Assembly: GCA_030704615.1 (NCBI GenBank)
Contig: CM060732.1
Span: forward strand, 5,084,001-5,148,000
Direction: 5' to 3'
Origin: Takakia lepidozioides
Lineage: Eukaryota > Plantae > Bryophyta
DNA length: 64,000 bases
The notes under the pieces are model-generated. The model saw only the letters and a program-made list of their open reading frames with translations. It had not been told where the DNA came from and did not search any database. Shown piece by piece: positions 37,321-50,500 of the stretch. A program made the position numbers and the translations under genes. How positions within the stretch are numbered: position 1 is the stretch's first letter; the number at the start of each line of letters is the position of its first letter.

Positions 37321-39392
37321 TGTAATAGCTCCCGCGCACTAGCTCAATACTTAGTGTGGGCGGCCAGTAAGGTGCTAAAAAAATAGAAATAAACCCAAAA
37401 TACAAAAAAAACAAACCCCCCTTAAGGTTGAAGCTTCCCCTTGCTTTTTGGGGGGGGGGGGGGTTAGTGAGTTAGTATGGCCCCTTGGCCTTCATAAACA
37501 CTAATATTCGTTGCTGGTCCTTCCTCTTTGGACCTCTCTTGCTCAAAACTTAACACCAAGCATATAAATGAAACAAACACTTGATCCTTAGAATCTATGG
37601 CTTAAGAGGCTATTTTCCACTCTTAGCCTGTATGGAGTATTCTCTCGTTTAACAAATCACCACTTCACGTCAAAACAAAAGCTCTCCTCTCATACTAGTT
37701 AGAGGGTTAGTTTTCAACATATAAGAGACAACCACTCTTGGGTTTGTCTTAAAAGCTTCACATAAAAACATCCAAAAGATAAATGACAAATGCAAATGTA
37801 AGGAGAATGGCGCATCACCCTCAAGAGCAATGTGAGCTTGGGATGCTCTAATGGCTCGATGGCGTGGTACTCTTGAGGCCCTCCTAGGTGCTCGTCAACT
37901 TGGTCCACCCACAACTCTCTACTCGTCTCCAAGTCTCTCCAATCTACTCTCTTCCCTTTTAGGTGCATTAATGTTTTGACTTTGGGTACATAGAGTACCC
38001 TATAGGGAGCAGGACACCTCATGGACAACTAAGTGCTAGAACCATGATGCAGGACGGCTAGTGGCGGGTAGTGAGCAGCACTTAGCAGCGGAGTAGACAT
38101 GCACCACTACCACGAGTAGCAGTAGTGAGTAGTGTAGTGACCGTGGGTCGTGAACCACTAGATCACACGACCATGGTGCAGAATAGGTTGAAGAGCTGCG
38201 AGGAATGCCAACACACTACCCCTTCCCAGTGCTCAACAGATATCATTATGTGATTTTCAGAGTTGTCATGTAACACCTTGCTCAATGCTTGTTTAACCTC
38301 ACAAATTTTACGCCCTCAAAATCTTGCTACAGATGTAGTGACTCCATTTCCTCGTGGGCCACTGCTCAGAATCCTCTTCCTTCCTGCTCTGGTATGGTTT
38401 CAACTCCCTACGGCTGCACACCCATACCTTTCCGTTCCCATCCTTGATCTTGCATTTCCTCTCAGCTTCCCTCCCTGCTATATGCCTTTGGGGGCTCTTG
38501 TAACCTAGGAATTCGTAAGGGCCTTCCCATAGGTTTATCATGTAGCTGTGCTTACCATGCCTAACATCATGACCATGGTAAACCAGCAACTCCTTGTAAT
38601 CTTGCTTCCCTTTGTGCTTTCTTGCATAATCCCTTGACTGCATCTGTTGTCCCTTCTCCACGTTGCTCAGCAGGTCTATCTGCAGTTTGCAATGAGCTCC
38701 GTCTTCTGCCTCATCATGCTGGTCATTGCCTCCACTGAGTCCTCTTGATAGACATCCTCCTTCAATGAGCGTGGCCTATTGTCCAGCCCTAAGCGTGGCA
38801 TCCTTCCTGTTAGCACTTGGTACGGAGAAAAACTTGGTGGTGGCTTGCACCCCCATCATGTATCCCAACAAAGCTCGGTACAAATTAACATCCCCTTCAA
38901 CCTCATTTCCCACATCTTGAGTGGGCAGACTCTGTTTGATGGATTTGATTACCCGCTCCACCATGCCATTACATTGGGGCCAATACGGGGCACTGTGATC
39001 GTGTTTGATAGCAAATCGTTGGCATGCCTGTTCAAATTCACCGGCCCATTCGGACCCATTGTCAGTAAGCACAAATTGAGGGCACCCGTAACGACTGACT
39101 ATCTCCTCTTCGAGAACCTTGCTGTGAGGGCAGATGAGTGGTCGTGTACGGGCTTTGTCTCCATCCATTTAGAAAAGTGGTCTATGACAATGAGCAGATA
39201 TTTGTTGCCCCGTGCGGTGACCGGTAATGGACCTGCTGTATCAAGAGTCACCCTATAGAGCAAATCTCCAACTGGTATGCTAGAACCTAATCTCATCACA
39301 CCTTGGTAAGACGGCTGATCTATCACTAATCTCATCCAAGTGGATGGTGGGAGGATGAGTGTTGACTGGATACATGGCAGGAGCAGCTTCAT
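37321..39392 (-). mobile_element. Ty3/gypsy remnant: frameshifted integrase plus probable 3' LTR (37321-38213)
   Basis: RVTLDTAGPLP..GNKYLLIVIDHFSKW, RYGCPQFVLTDNGSEW, PQCNGMVER and WEGPY. PPT-like GGGAAGGGGTAGTG lies directly before TGTTGG at 38213 on the minus strand. The left LTR end is uncertain. Confidence 0.8.
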
Positions 39393-40947
39393 GGCTTCTT
39401 TCCCTCTCTCAAGGGGTTATAATCGTCCTATCATTGACTAGGGTGTGTGTGCCTCATGGTGTACTTGGGGTTTTAATTTTTCCCCTTGAATAATTCCAAA
39501 TAAAGTTCCGTCGGGGCCTCCGTCCCCTGTTTTACCAAAAAAAAAAAAACCGATAGATATGGAGGATGTCAATGTTAGCATGTGGCACACCTTGTTCCTA
39601 TCATGGCTCATTCCTATTCTTTCTATTTGGGATTGTAACCATTCTTTCTTTTGAAAAAATACCATTAGAAAGCGCTTGATGTGACCCCTGCTTGATGTGA
39701 CCCCTCTTTTCGTAGTTGGAGTAATATTATTCATTAGAGTTCATCTACCTACAGCAATTTGAGGGTAAAACAAATGGGCCCATCATGGCACACAAGATAT
39801 ATTGCTCTTTTTGGTTCTTTGGATTTTAACCATTTTTTAAAATGAAGATACCATTGGAAAACTCTTACTATGTGCATCATTTTGTAGTTAGAACAATTTT
39901 CAGTAAAGTTCATCTACCTAGGATAATTTGAGTGTAAAGCGATGGGTTAGAAGGTGAATTGTGGTTCATTTCATTCCTCTTTGGGTAAAGCTTATTCGCC
40001 TATCATAGCCTGACACGTACAAAAAATTGGGGATATTTCTTGCACCATGGGCCTACTTTTGATCGCCACTGTGGGGCACATGCACCATGAAGAGGGCTTT
40101 TACCCTAGTAGAGGTGCAGATGGAGTGGCTCTGAAGTGTCCCTTTGAAAAGAGTATTGTGCATCATTCTCCCTTAGACAGTGGGAGGGACATCTCTTCCA
40201 TGGCCCTGAGTTGGAGATGGCACCTAGTAGCCTTTGAAATCCATTTCTTCGCTTCAGACAAATAAGTATATGTCAGGAATTCTGGGCTTTGGGCAGGAAG
40301 CTGATTGTGCCCAAGCCATACTCAAAATTAGAGGTATTTGCACTACAGATATTTGATACAGAATGTTGGCAGAACTTTTCACCAAATAGTAATCACAGTT
40401 CAACCCTGCTTTACCTTTCAAGATCACAAAACAGAATTGTGTGAGGCAATCAAATGATTCGAAAGTACATTAGTAAATAGTATTAGAACCATGGCAAAGT
40501 TTCTAAGACCGCCATAGCCCCACAGCCCACCATGACCGTTGCTGCAATGCACCGGGTTCCCACACCATCACCTTTATAGCACTAGTCTTCTTAAACATCC
40601 AGTAGGTACTAGTCTTCTTGAATCAAATGACTTATTCGTAAAAGAGAGATTATTTGGAGGATCCTTTCCAATGGATTCCCCCCCAAGACACCCTGCATTT
40701 TTAAAGGGTGGCTTCAAGTGATGAGGTAGAGACCTTGGAAGGCTGTGAAGGCTGCAAAGGTAGCCCTGAGCCCCTAGCTTACTGTCTCTCTCGACCCTTG
40801 GTAGCCTAGCCTTCTCTTTCCATTTTGTTCTCGTTTTTTGCCCTAGAGTCAGCCAAGGATAGTAGTTGGAGTGATAACCTCCTAACTCTCTTCACTTCTG
40901 CTTCATCCCAGAACGGTTCTCTCCTCAAAGACACAATCTTCCTCTTC

Positions 40948-43900
40948 TCAAGCTTTCATGGGGCTCATATCCATAGGATAACTGCCAAGGACTCTTAGGA
41001 AAGTAGCAAATTCCTGCATTCACATATTCAGATCCTTAGTTAGCTGTGCATCCACATTATGTAGGTCTTTAATTATTAGTCTTGAAACTCTCCATTTGAC
41101 CAGCCAGGCCACAGGCTCCAAGAAGTTGACTGGTTTGGGTAAAAGGATGGTCCTCACAACCTGAACTGTTAGAGCATAGTATAAACTCTGAATGAACAAA
41201 GTAGAAAAGTTAGATGGCTAAAAAGAAATTTTCCGACCTGTAAGTGCCCTAAAGCATTTTGTGACCGTGGGTCAGCCATGGATGCCTCGAAGTCAATGTA
41301 AAATAGGTAGTCAAAGTACCTGCCACCCATTCACTGCCCAAATCAGCACCATGGCAACCTATGAAACAAACCCAAATCCTACAAATCCTTCAGTTCAAGG
41401 TAAAAATTTGTAGATCTTCAAGCAGTGGGAGGGTTTAGCAGGAAGTAATCTCCATACAAATATCTAGATATCTCCATATTTACAATTAAAGGTAGCCAAA
41501 AAAAGTACTCAAAAGATCTGATCTACAGTTAGAGAAAGTTCTTCGAAGTAAGCTTACTTGGCGGTGCCATTGTTGCTATCGTCCACCACACGTAGAGGCC
41601 TCTTCCTTTGTGGTCGACTTTCAATCTGTGCACATTATCTCAAAGTTTAGGATCTTAACAATGATGTGCAGCCTCTGCTAGAATCAATAGTGTAAACAAC
41701 ACATCCGGAAAAGCATTAAGAAGAAAATCACCTTTGTTAAATTAATATTTCTCAGTGAAAACACTGCAAGGGCCTTGAACAAAACTCCTGGTCCCTCCTC
41801 AAGAGTAAACACAATACTGGTCTGCCACACCACAGACAATTACGTAAATCCACTGATTGTTGACAGAAGGGTCTGCAAGAGCAAACAATTCAAAACAAGC
41901 TCAAAAGAGGGGTGGCAGAGAAATTATCAACAAATCCAAACACATTCTCACATATCTTCAGCAGCTAAACACAAATAAACGATACAGCTGGTGGCAAGGT
42001 ATTGAGTCTAAAACAGTTAGTCCAAGTATTTAACTACCAACATCACACTCTTTCGTCATTACCATGGTGATACTTAACATAACAATACCTTGAATGGTCT
42101 GTCATTCCTGGGAATGATAGGCTCTCTGGCCAGCATCAGGAAGCGAGTCACATTGTCACAATCATCCTGCAACACCACAGCACTGTCAACTAACGCAGAA
42201 GTGTTCCACCCCACATAATCAACGCCTCCTGAACTCTAGACTGTTGCAGTATGTCAACAAATGAAAATCCCTTCTGTGACTCATTATATCTTGTCATCAC
42301 CAAATTCATTCCCGATTAATGATCACCTTTTCTACGCATTACTCCTATCAAAGCATTCAGAACCTTCATATGAGAAATATCCAGCACCAACACACCTGAA
42401 TGCCATCAGCAAGAATCTCAAGACCATAGATTTCTGCAGCACGAGCACTAGCAACTGCTCCCGTATCTCGGAGATTGTGCGCAGCAATAAACTGCACCAC
42501 CACCCCTTCATATCAATCACCATTATTCCCACATCAACAAAGACTGCTTCCATGAATCACCCAGGCAATGCTGATATCACCAACACAAAGTAGACATTAC
42601 ACCCTAATTACCTCGCCACAACCTAAAACAACACTACAAGCAGTGAGACGAAGCTTTATTTGAAATGATAACCCACCCCCAGCTTACACCCAAGATCATT
42701 GTTTCATAGGAGCAAAACAGCCTTGCCAATACACACAGTCTGTGCACGCACTACAACACAAAACATTTTACTCACCTGCGCAGCGCCCGCTGTGTCATCG
42801 ACAGCCTCCCGAGCAACCCCTAACTTGGATAGTGTTTGCTCACACTGTGCAAGAGCCTGTAACATGCAGGAAAATATCAGCGAACCATATCTCACAAAGA
42901 AACGGGAAGATGCAGCGCTCCTGTGGACAACAAAACTAAATGGAAAAAATGTTGATATAGAAGGAATTCACAGGAGACCAGCAAAACCTGACGTACCTGT
43001 TGATGGCTAACAACTCGTCGCAAGTCCTCCTTCTTTACACCTGGGATTCCTAACAGGCAGTGATGGACGGCTAGTTGAACTTCACCCACTATATGTAGTC
43101 GATGTCGGAGCAGGAGATCGTAATTGCGATGTATGCTTCCCCCCAGTGAATTCTCTACAGGCAGCACCGCTCTATCAACCAGCCACAGTTCCACAGCCTG
43201 GAGAAGATCATGTCAGGTGTGAGTCACACCCTCCAAACAATCAGGCACCTCCCAATAACTACAAGGAGAGCTTTACTTTTCCCACTTCAAGGATTGCAGA
43301 GCAGGCTGTACCTGAAAAGCCGCTTCAAACTGTTCACATGGAACAGCTTCACACCTAGGATATGCTTTAGCAGCTGCCGCCTCACTGTAAGCCCCAGGAA
43401 CCCCCTGCCACCACCCCCAGTAATCAACTTTCAGAAGTGTTTTGAATAAAGCATGTTTTCACTCTCTTCCTAACCCCATAGCCCATGGAACCACACCCAC
43501 AGATGTTTGCATGCCACACACACATGACAAGATCCAGCCTGGCCGAAGATACAGTTGACATACCTGATAAGCTACACGCAAGTGTGATCCGTGCCTTGGA
43601 GGCAAGGCTAAGTCTGACACTGATAATGGCTCTGTATACACAAATGGACAAGGACAACCAAGGTGCCAAATTCAGCAAAGTCCCTCCTAAAACTGTTTTC
43701 TAGCTTAGAAAAAGTGGTACTTGTTTCGAATACTGTGCATCTGTGTGCAGTATACCTCCTCTATCCTACACCTATGTACCAAAAGAAAAGACTTCGAACC
43801 ACATTTACGCTCTTTATCGCTTGATTAAAGTTGATGCGACTGAAAAGAGTCACTCACTTGGAAGGGTGACTAGATCTATGGCTGTGGTCGCCATAGCACC

Positions 43901-44248
43901 CCCATCGTTGATAGCTTGCAAATCGCCTCCGCGGTTGTCTGCCTCAAGCTCTGTGGGAGCCCACTGACTGAGAAGGACGGCACATGCTGCCTGCCAGTGA
44001 GACCCGCGGCCGGCAACCTGCTCTAAAAGAGGTCCCGACTTCGCAGGCCAAGACCCCTCGCCGACATTGTATGCTGCTGCCCTCCACTCTCCTAACGTAT
44101 GCCTCTCCGCGCTTTGACCCTGCCGTCTCAACTTAAGTTCTTTAGTTAAACACACCCCAGTGGAATCTACTCTATCCCGAATACCAGTGCCAAACAAGGA
44201 GGAGTCCAGTGAACCGAGCCTGCCGCACGAAGCCATTCTCAAGGCCAT
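40948..44248 (-). CDS. ADT: Arogenate/prephenate dehydratase (plastid-type, ~11 exons)
   Basis: Exons encode LRVAYQ|[97 protein letters not shown] and FLRVLGSYP. Stop TGA at 40948-40950; N-terminal transit-peptide-like region. Confidence 0.93.
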
Positions 44249-45240
44249 CCCCTCGCAGTCGGCTTGCCTCAGTCTCCACTGCTGGTTCTCCCAAATAGCC
44301 ACCTGAAGTATTCACGTCCGGTTCGTCCGCAACAACTTATCCCTCTTCTCTCTGTTTCTTCCTACTCCACAGTGCACCTCGACCCGTGACCCGAATCAGC
44401 TCGAGACGTCTCTCTCACTGCAATGACAGGCCTCCTCGGACATCGCCAACGCCGGTGTTTTGCAAGATGTCTTTCGATATCTAGGTTGGTGGACGGGGAG
44501 GAGATGTGGTAGCCTGTCCTGACACGCACAGACAACAGATCGAAAAGAGTGCGAGCACTTTATTGGGCTCATGATGAACTAGTCTGACTTGGAAGTTCCA
44601 TGTCCAGGACTTTGCAGGTCAAAGACTCTCCCCTTCTGACTGCGTGGGTAACACTTGACTGGGCCCCTGGCGGCCCGGTCGCCGGTCAAGCCCACTTTAA
44701 AACGTGACCATTTCGAATCATCACACTTGACAATTCAACCTCCCACCCATCCACCCACCTTCTTATTACTGTGAATCTCTCGCACTGGCATCTCCACCTC
44801 ATCGCCCCCTTGCCCTGTAGTTACACTGCGCACGAGGGTACGGGCAAGGCTGATCAGCCAGCAGATCAGCCCGGTAGGACCCGTCACCCAGCGGATGTGG
44901 GGGCGACGTCCGCCATGACCACACACACATGGGCGGATGAAAAGCCACGACTCGTCCGCTGGGGCAACACGCGCAAAATTCACCGCCGTCCTCTCCACGG
45001 CACTCCCTCTAATCACTCCAGTAGTGAGCTTTACGGACCATAGTCTGATAAACATAAATTTTGAGGAGTGGAACAAGCGAGCTAGTCGCGTAATGGTCCA
45101 CCCTAAAACTCTTAAGTTGAAAATTTCTTAAAAATATTACATTGAAATAAAATATCATATACATATCACATATTCGATTTTTTTGTTTTTTGTAAGGGCG
45201 TTGGTCGTTTACTTTATATTCGAATTATGCATAAGAGGAA

Positions 45241-45296
45241 ATTTTATTTATTTATAAAGTCGGGGACAGAAGCCCTAGCAGAACTTTATTGATGTG
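45241..45296 (-). mobile_element. Very short LINE 3'-end stub
   Basis: GGGGACAGAAGCCCTAGCAGAACTTTATT resembles the LINE 3' end at ~27793-27820 and has an adjacent A-rich tail on the minus strand. Confidence 0.5.
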
Positions 45297-45498
45297 TGAA
45301 TTAAATATGGATGTATGATATAACTGATCTTCGAATTTACTAGTTATTAAAATATTGAAATGCTTGGTGAAGAACTGGCTGAAATATTAATATACTTGCT
45401 GAAAAACTTGCTGAAATACTGAATACTAAAATACTAAAATACTGTATTCAGGCTTCAATGTCTACACAAAAAGGTGAACAACAAAAACATTCGTGTAA

Positions 45499-46250
45499 CC
45501 CTTAACTTCCTACGGATAGAGTTTTTTTGCCCTTAAAAGTTCAAACCCCTAGACAGTATAACCAAGCTACCCATCAGCCATAGTACATCCAAAAACATGA
45601 ACCTTATAAATCAGTTGCTACCTACCACATACATCCATATACGAAATTGCAAAGTATTCCACCACAAGATTTATAAGATTATAGTGCTTTGGTGGGGGTT
45701 GGTTTTTTTTGGGGAATTTGAGAAACCTACAATGTGGGGTTTGACCAAGAAATGGCAGCATCGGGTTGATTTTTGCTGGGCCCGCCACGCCCATGGCCAT
45801 ATCCTATTCCAAGGTATGCAAGCATGGACAAAATTTCATGCCAAATTGCCAAAGGATGCTACATGCTCCTTTGTATGTGTTCTTTGGGGGATTCAGATAT
45901 GGGCCAGAGTATTCAGATTCTACCATTGTTAGAAAGTGCAAGGAAATCCAAGATTTTTCTCTATCTGAGCCGTGAGAGAGTGAGTCCATATGATCCTCAT
46001 GCACCAATAGAAAGTTGACACATAGGTGGTCAACCCTGCCTGACCCATCTCCTTACCTAATCCAAGCGTTTTTGCAAAATTCTGCAAGTCAGGGTTTTAC
46101 TCCAAATGCATTCATTTCAACTTGTGGGTTTCTATCTTGTCAGCAAATTTATTGCTTCAGGAATCGCTTAATTTCACTAAAATCTCAGCAAGATATGGGC
46201 ATTTTTCTTACAGGTCGAGACCCGATTCAGGTCGCGTAGGAAGTTAAGGG
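45499..46250. mobile_element. piggyBac-like non-autonomous element (MITE)
   Basis: Perfect 16-bp TIR CCCTTAACTTCCTACG (45499-45514 / 46235-46250); flanks GTAA / TTAA. Confidence 0.75.
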
Positions 46251-46509
46251 TTAAGAATGCTACAAAAAGATTTTCATGCCTAAAAATGGAGGAACTGTTG
46301 GCAACCTTGAAATACCAACTTGAAATCTGAAGAGGAACATCAACCATTGGGGACTACATACATAAGACCTAGCTTGTGCTTCAATAACTTCCTGTATTCA
46401 GAGAGAATACCTTGGACAATGTAAAGTAAGATAGAAGAGAGGGGGAAAGAATGTACTCATAAGATGTAATGAAGCGAAGCTTCAGTAACTTGGCAAGTCA
46501 AGACTGTTT

Positions 46510-47531
46510 TTATGATGACAAAAGATGGACATTTGAGAAACAGATGGAAGAGAGAATCGTTGCAGCACTTACAATGCAGTCACGAGAGCCACCATGGCTC
46601 TCAGCATTGCAAACACACACAAACGTTATGAGGTTGGGCTTCACCCCTTTCCCCATCATTTGCTCATAGGTCTCTAAAGCCTCCATCCCGCGCCCCTGCT
46701 CTGCATACCCTGCAAGCATCGCACTCCACTTGAAAACTTGAGATAGTACCTGGATGGCTGACTCCTCCTTGACACGTTTATGAAGCTCGACATACTGGTA
46801 GTCGATTGTTTCCAGCAGCCATTGCAGATTGTTATGCAGCTCTTCATCAATTGTGTCATCACCCTAGACAAATCAAATACCAAATCAAATACCTCTACTA
46901 ATATGTTTTTATTCTCAATTGTACAGTGGCAGAGTTACACGCCAACAATTCTTGTCAGTCCACACTAAAGCCTAGTAAGTTTCACCTTGAGAATTTTGTG
47001 CTGCAACAAATGGATGATTATTATGAGTGCTGAACCCACCTTAAGGCTTGCTGTTGTGGCACCTGCCTTGCAATCAATCCATCCCCCACCATCACACCTG
47101 AGTGAATGCTTATATCACTGAAAGTTGCACATAGTTGGAAGCCTGCAAAGGCTATGATGATGGGACCATAGATACTGGTCAAATGGAGGATTGTTGTGGA
47201 ACAAAGAGATATAGTCAAACTGCAATACCAGTTGTGTGTGCAGATTGACTGCAAGATTCCACCCCATAATTCAGACCCAGGGATAGTCATAGCTGTTGGC
47301 ATTTCCTCTTCACTATTCCCAAACTAGCAAGAAGTGGCTCCAGTGAATTATAATTCAAACAGAACATCTCTTTTGCAAAATGGCCACTGTGGTGCACCAT
47401 ATCCTCACCATTGTATCCAACATTCTAGTTTTCTCTCCTAGCATAACATTTAGCAACCTACTCTTAATGTCCCTTTGCATCCTTGTTACACCCACATTTG
47501 GCATACATGTCCACCGGGGCAGTATTCATAA
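46510..47531 (-). pseudogene. PPR gene fragments (host of the retroelement insertion)
   Basis: MLAGYAEQGRGMEALETYEQMMGKGVKPNLITFVCVCNA (46510-46719) and NTAPVDMYAKCG (~47490-47527). Confidence 0.75.
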
Positions 47532-50500
47532 TATCGTACGCATACATATCGCTACACAACTACATCGTTGTCCAAAACCACACAACACATTTGCACACCA
47601 AACACTAGTCTATCACTAGTCCGCCACTAGTGCACCACTAGGCTGCCACTAGCCACCACTAGTGTAGCCACTAGTCCACCACTAGGCTGCCACTAGCCAC
47701 CACTAGTCCTGCCACTAGTGCAACCACTAGTCCACCACTAGGCTGCCACTAGTTCATCACAATGATAAAGAAGAAGAATACAAGCACACAAGCTCTCTCA
47801 AACTCACACACTTGCACATGAAAACATCACTCATATATTAAGTCGAGCCAAGTGCACCCCATGCCATGGGGAATCCACACTACGGCGCCATAGCTAGACG
47901 CGGTGAGGCTCCATTCGAGAAAGATGAGCCCACCGCGATCTGCCGTGAAATAACCACGTCAGCTGCCCAAACATATATTGGCCCCTGGATTGACACTTGG
48001 GTCAATCCCAAATGTCAATATACAAAAGCTAGCTATTTCATAGCTAACTTCACACTAGTGGTAAAATAACTTGACAGTTGTTGTACGCATACATATCGCT
48101 ACACAACTACATCGCTGTCCAAAACACAACACATATGCACACCAAACATTAGTCTATCACTAGTCCGCCACTAGGTTACCACTAGTACAGCCACTAGTCC
48201 AACCACTAGGCTGTCGCTAGCCACCACTAGTGCAGCCACTAGTCCACCACTAGGCTGCCACTAGCCACCACTAGTGCAGCCACTAGTCCAACCACTAGGC
48301 TGCCACTAACCACCACTAGTCCTGCCACTAGTGCAACCACTAGTCCACCACTAGGCTGCCACTAGTCCATCACAATCGCCCCCCTAGCTGGTGCTTAGGT
48401 CCCTCTAAGTCCAGGTAGCCACAAGATGTGATAGTGGCCATCGCCTCACTAAGTCCTCCACCACTGTCCCTACTACACTCAAACTCAATAGATCAAGAGG
48501 TCGGGTGCAAGAGTTGCCCCCATCGTTAGTCGCCGTCTTGCAACCTATGAACTTGAGCCTGAGATCTCGGGTATTGACTCCTATGAGCTTGGCTTCCCAT
48601 GTCTTGTTAGCTGTCACTAGTCATATCCACTGCCACTATCAAACAGAAGGAAATATGGTGAGAATGAGGCAAGTGATGCTTGCTTGCTAAACCTGTAGCC
48701 TATGGCTAACCAAGGTACCTGAAGATCCCAATCTCCTAGGTGTCCCTTTTGTAAGCCATACTTGCGTAATCCCCTCTTCACCGTCAACTCCTTCTATGAA
48801 CGTCACAGGGAGCTACACATGCCGGCCCTCCCCTAACTGCCATCCAGGCCTATAGGAAGCTGACTCCTCCCAAAAATCTAGGGTGAAGCCCATGGGATAC
48901 AACACTGCCCCACCAACCAGGACATCGTACGAGACCACGTCTGTCACAATGGCCTTGGCTCTACTGAGCCATCTATAGGATGATCCGCCTGTAGTCTGAT
49001 AGCCAACTCACGACATGTCATGCCCCTACCTGCTCTGATCCTCCCAGAGATGTTTGTATCTGGAAATGACAAGGCTCCATATCCGCCTTCGTGAGGCCCA
49101 AGCCTGCAATAGCAGCTCTGCACAACATCAGTGGCTGAGTTCCTGAGTCCAACAAGACTCGCACTGGCCGGTACCTCTTGCTTGCCGGTCCACTCAAACA
49201 GAAAATGCCATCTTGGTTGTCTAACATGACAACTTCAGGTGTCACCATGGCGCGCTCAATGGCTGGCTTAGTTGGCAGCTCTGCCAACCTGGCAGTTGCA
49301 GCTTGCTATGGCGCCGCCGTGGCAGTCTTGACCCTCACATCCGAGGACCCCTCCGGCACTAAACCTCCAACTATCTCCGCAGAAGCTGAAGTAACCTCCC
49401 CACTCTCACAGAGTATAGCTGCCAGCCTAAACACTTCAGCTGGTCTTACCCCTGGCGTAGCAATCATGGTACAATGGTACAATGGTACCTAGCTGAGAAA
49501 AATGGAGCCTGACACACAAATGCGGCCGCCCCCAGTAGCACACTAGTTGCTGTAGCCTTGGCAACAGCACTAGGTAGTGGTGATGCCCGTGTAGCTCTCC
49601 CCAATGGCATAGTAACCTTCACCTCGGTAGCAGTCGGGTGAGAACTAGGTGCCATGGATGGCGTTGATACTGTCTCCGCCAATGTGAATGACTGAGGAAG
49701 CCTAGCCTGACGACTTGCCTCCCCTCGTTGTGGATCCAACTCCACCTCTGCACCTCGTGGCTCAGGAACTCATGCTGCTCCTCGAGTCACGGCAGCAGCA
49801 GACTCCACATGCACTAGTGGTAGTGCTGCCCCGCACATAGTGGTAGTGGTAGTGTTGCCCTACACTAGTGGTAATGGTGCTCCACCCATAGTGGTAGTGG
49901 TAGTGGCTCCTCTCACTAGTGGTAGTGCTGCCCCGCACATGAATCCCATGCCTCCCACGTCTCCTCCCTCAGGAGCAGAAGGTGGACCATCCGGCCTTGG
50001 GGCCGGTACCACCTGAGCTGTGGCCATGGCAGCAAGCCTCTGCTCTAGCTGCTGAAGCCGGTTGGCCATGCCTTGGTCAACACCCTGACCTCCACGTCCC
50101 TGGCCATGTTGAGCTTGCCATTGGCCTACACCTTGTGCCTGACCACCTCGTCTTATCTGGGCTGCTCCACCTCGCCCCCGACCACCATTGTTCCCTTGGA
50201 ACTCGCCTGGGCGCAACTCAGGATGCAAACCATAGCATTGGGCTTCTCCATGCCCGTACTTGCCACAATGCCCACATTCAACTGTGCAGGCTCTACCGGT
50301 GCCAACCCATTGTCTCCCTCTGGGCAATCCTTCTTGACATGGGGTCCTCCACATGTCCAACACACCACATCCGCCGGTTGTTGGCCTACAAATGAAGGGA
50401 GAGACCCCTGCATCTGAGATCCTCTCTATCCTTCCATGGGCTTTACCTTAGCCCCCTTGTTGCCTTGAGCACATTGGGGTAGTGGCTGGCCAGGAACACC

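Noticed and set aside
39630-39950. ~190-bp degenerate tandem duplication
   Set aside because: Real but ordinary local duplication with no functional signal.
44640-45130. GC-rich segment as a MITE (also 1800-2060)
   Set aside because: No TIR pair or TSD could be verified.
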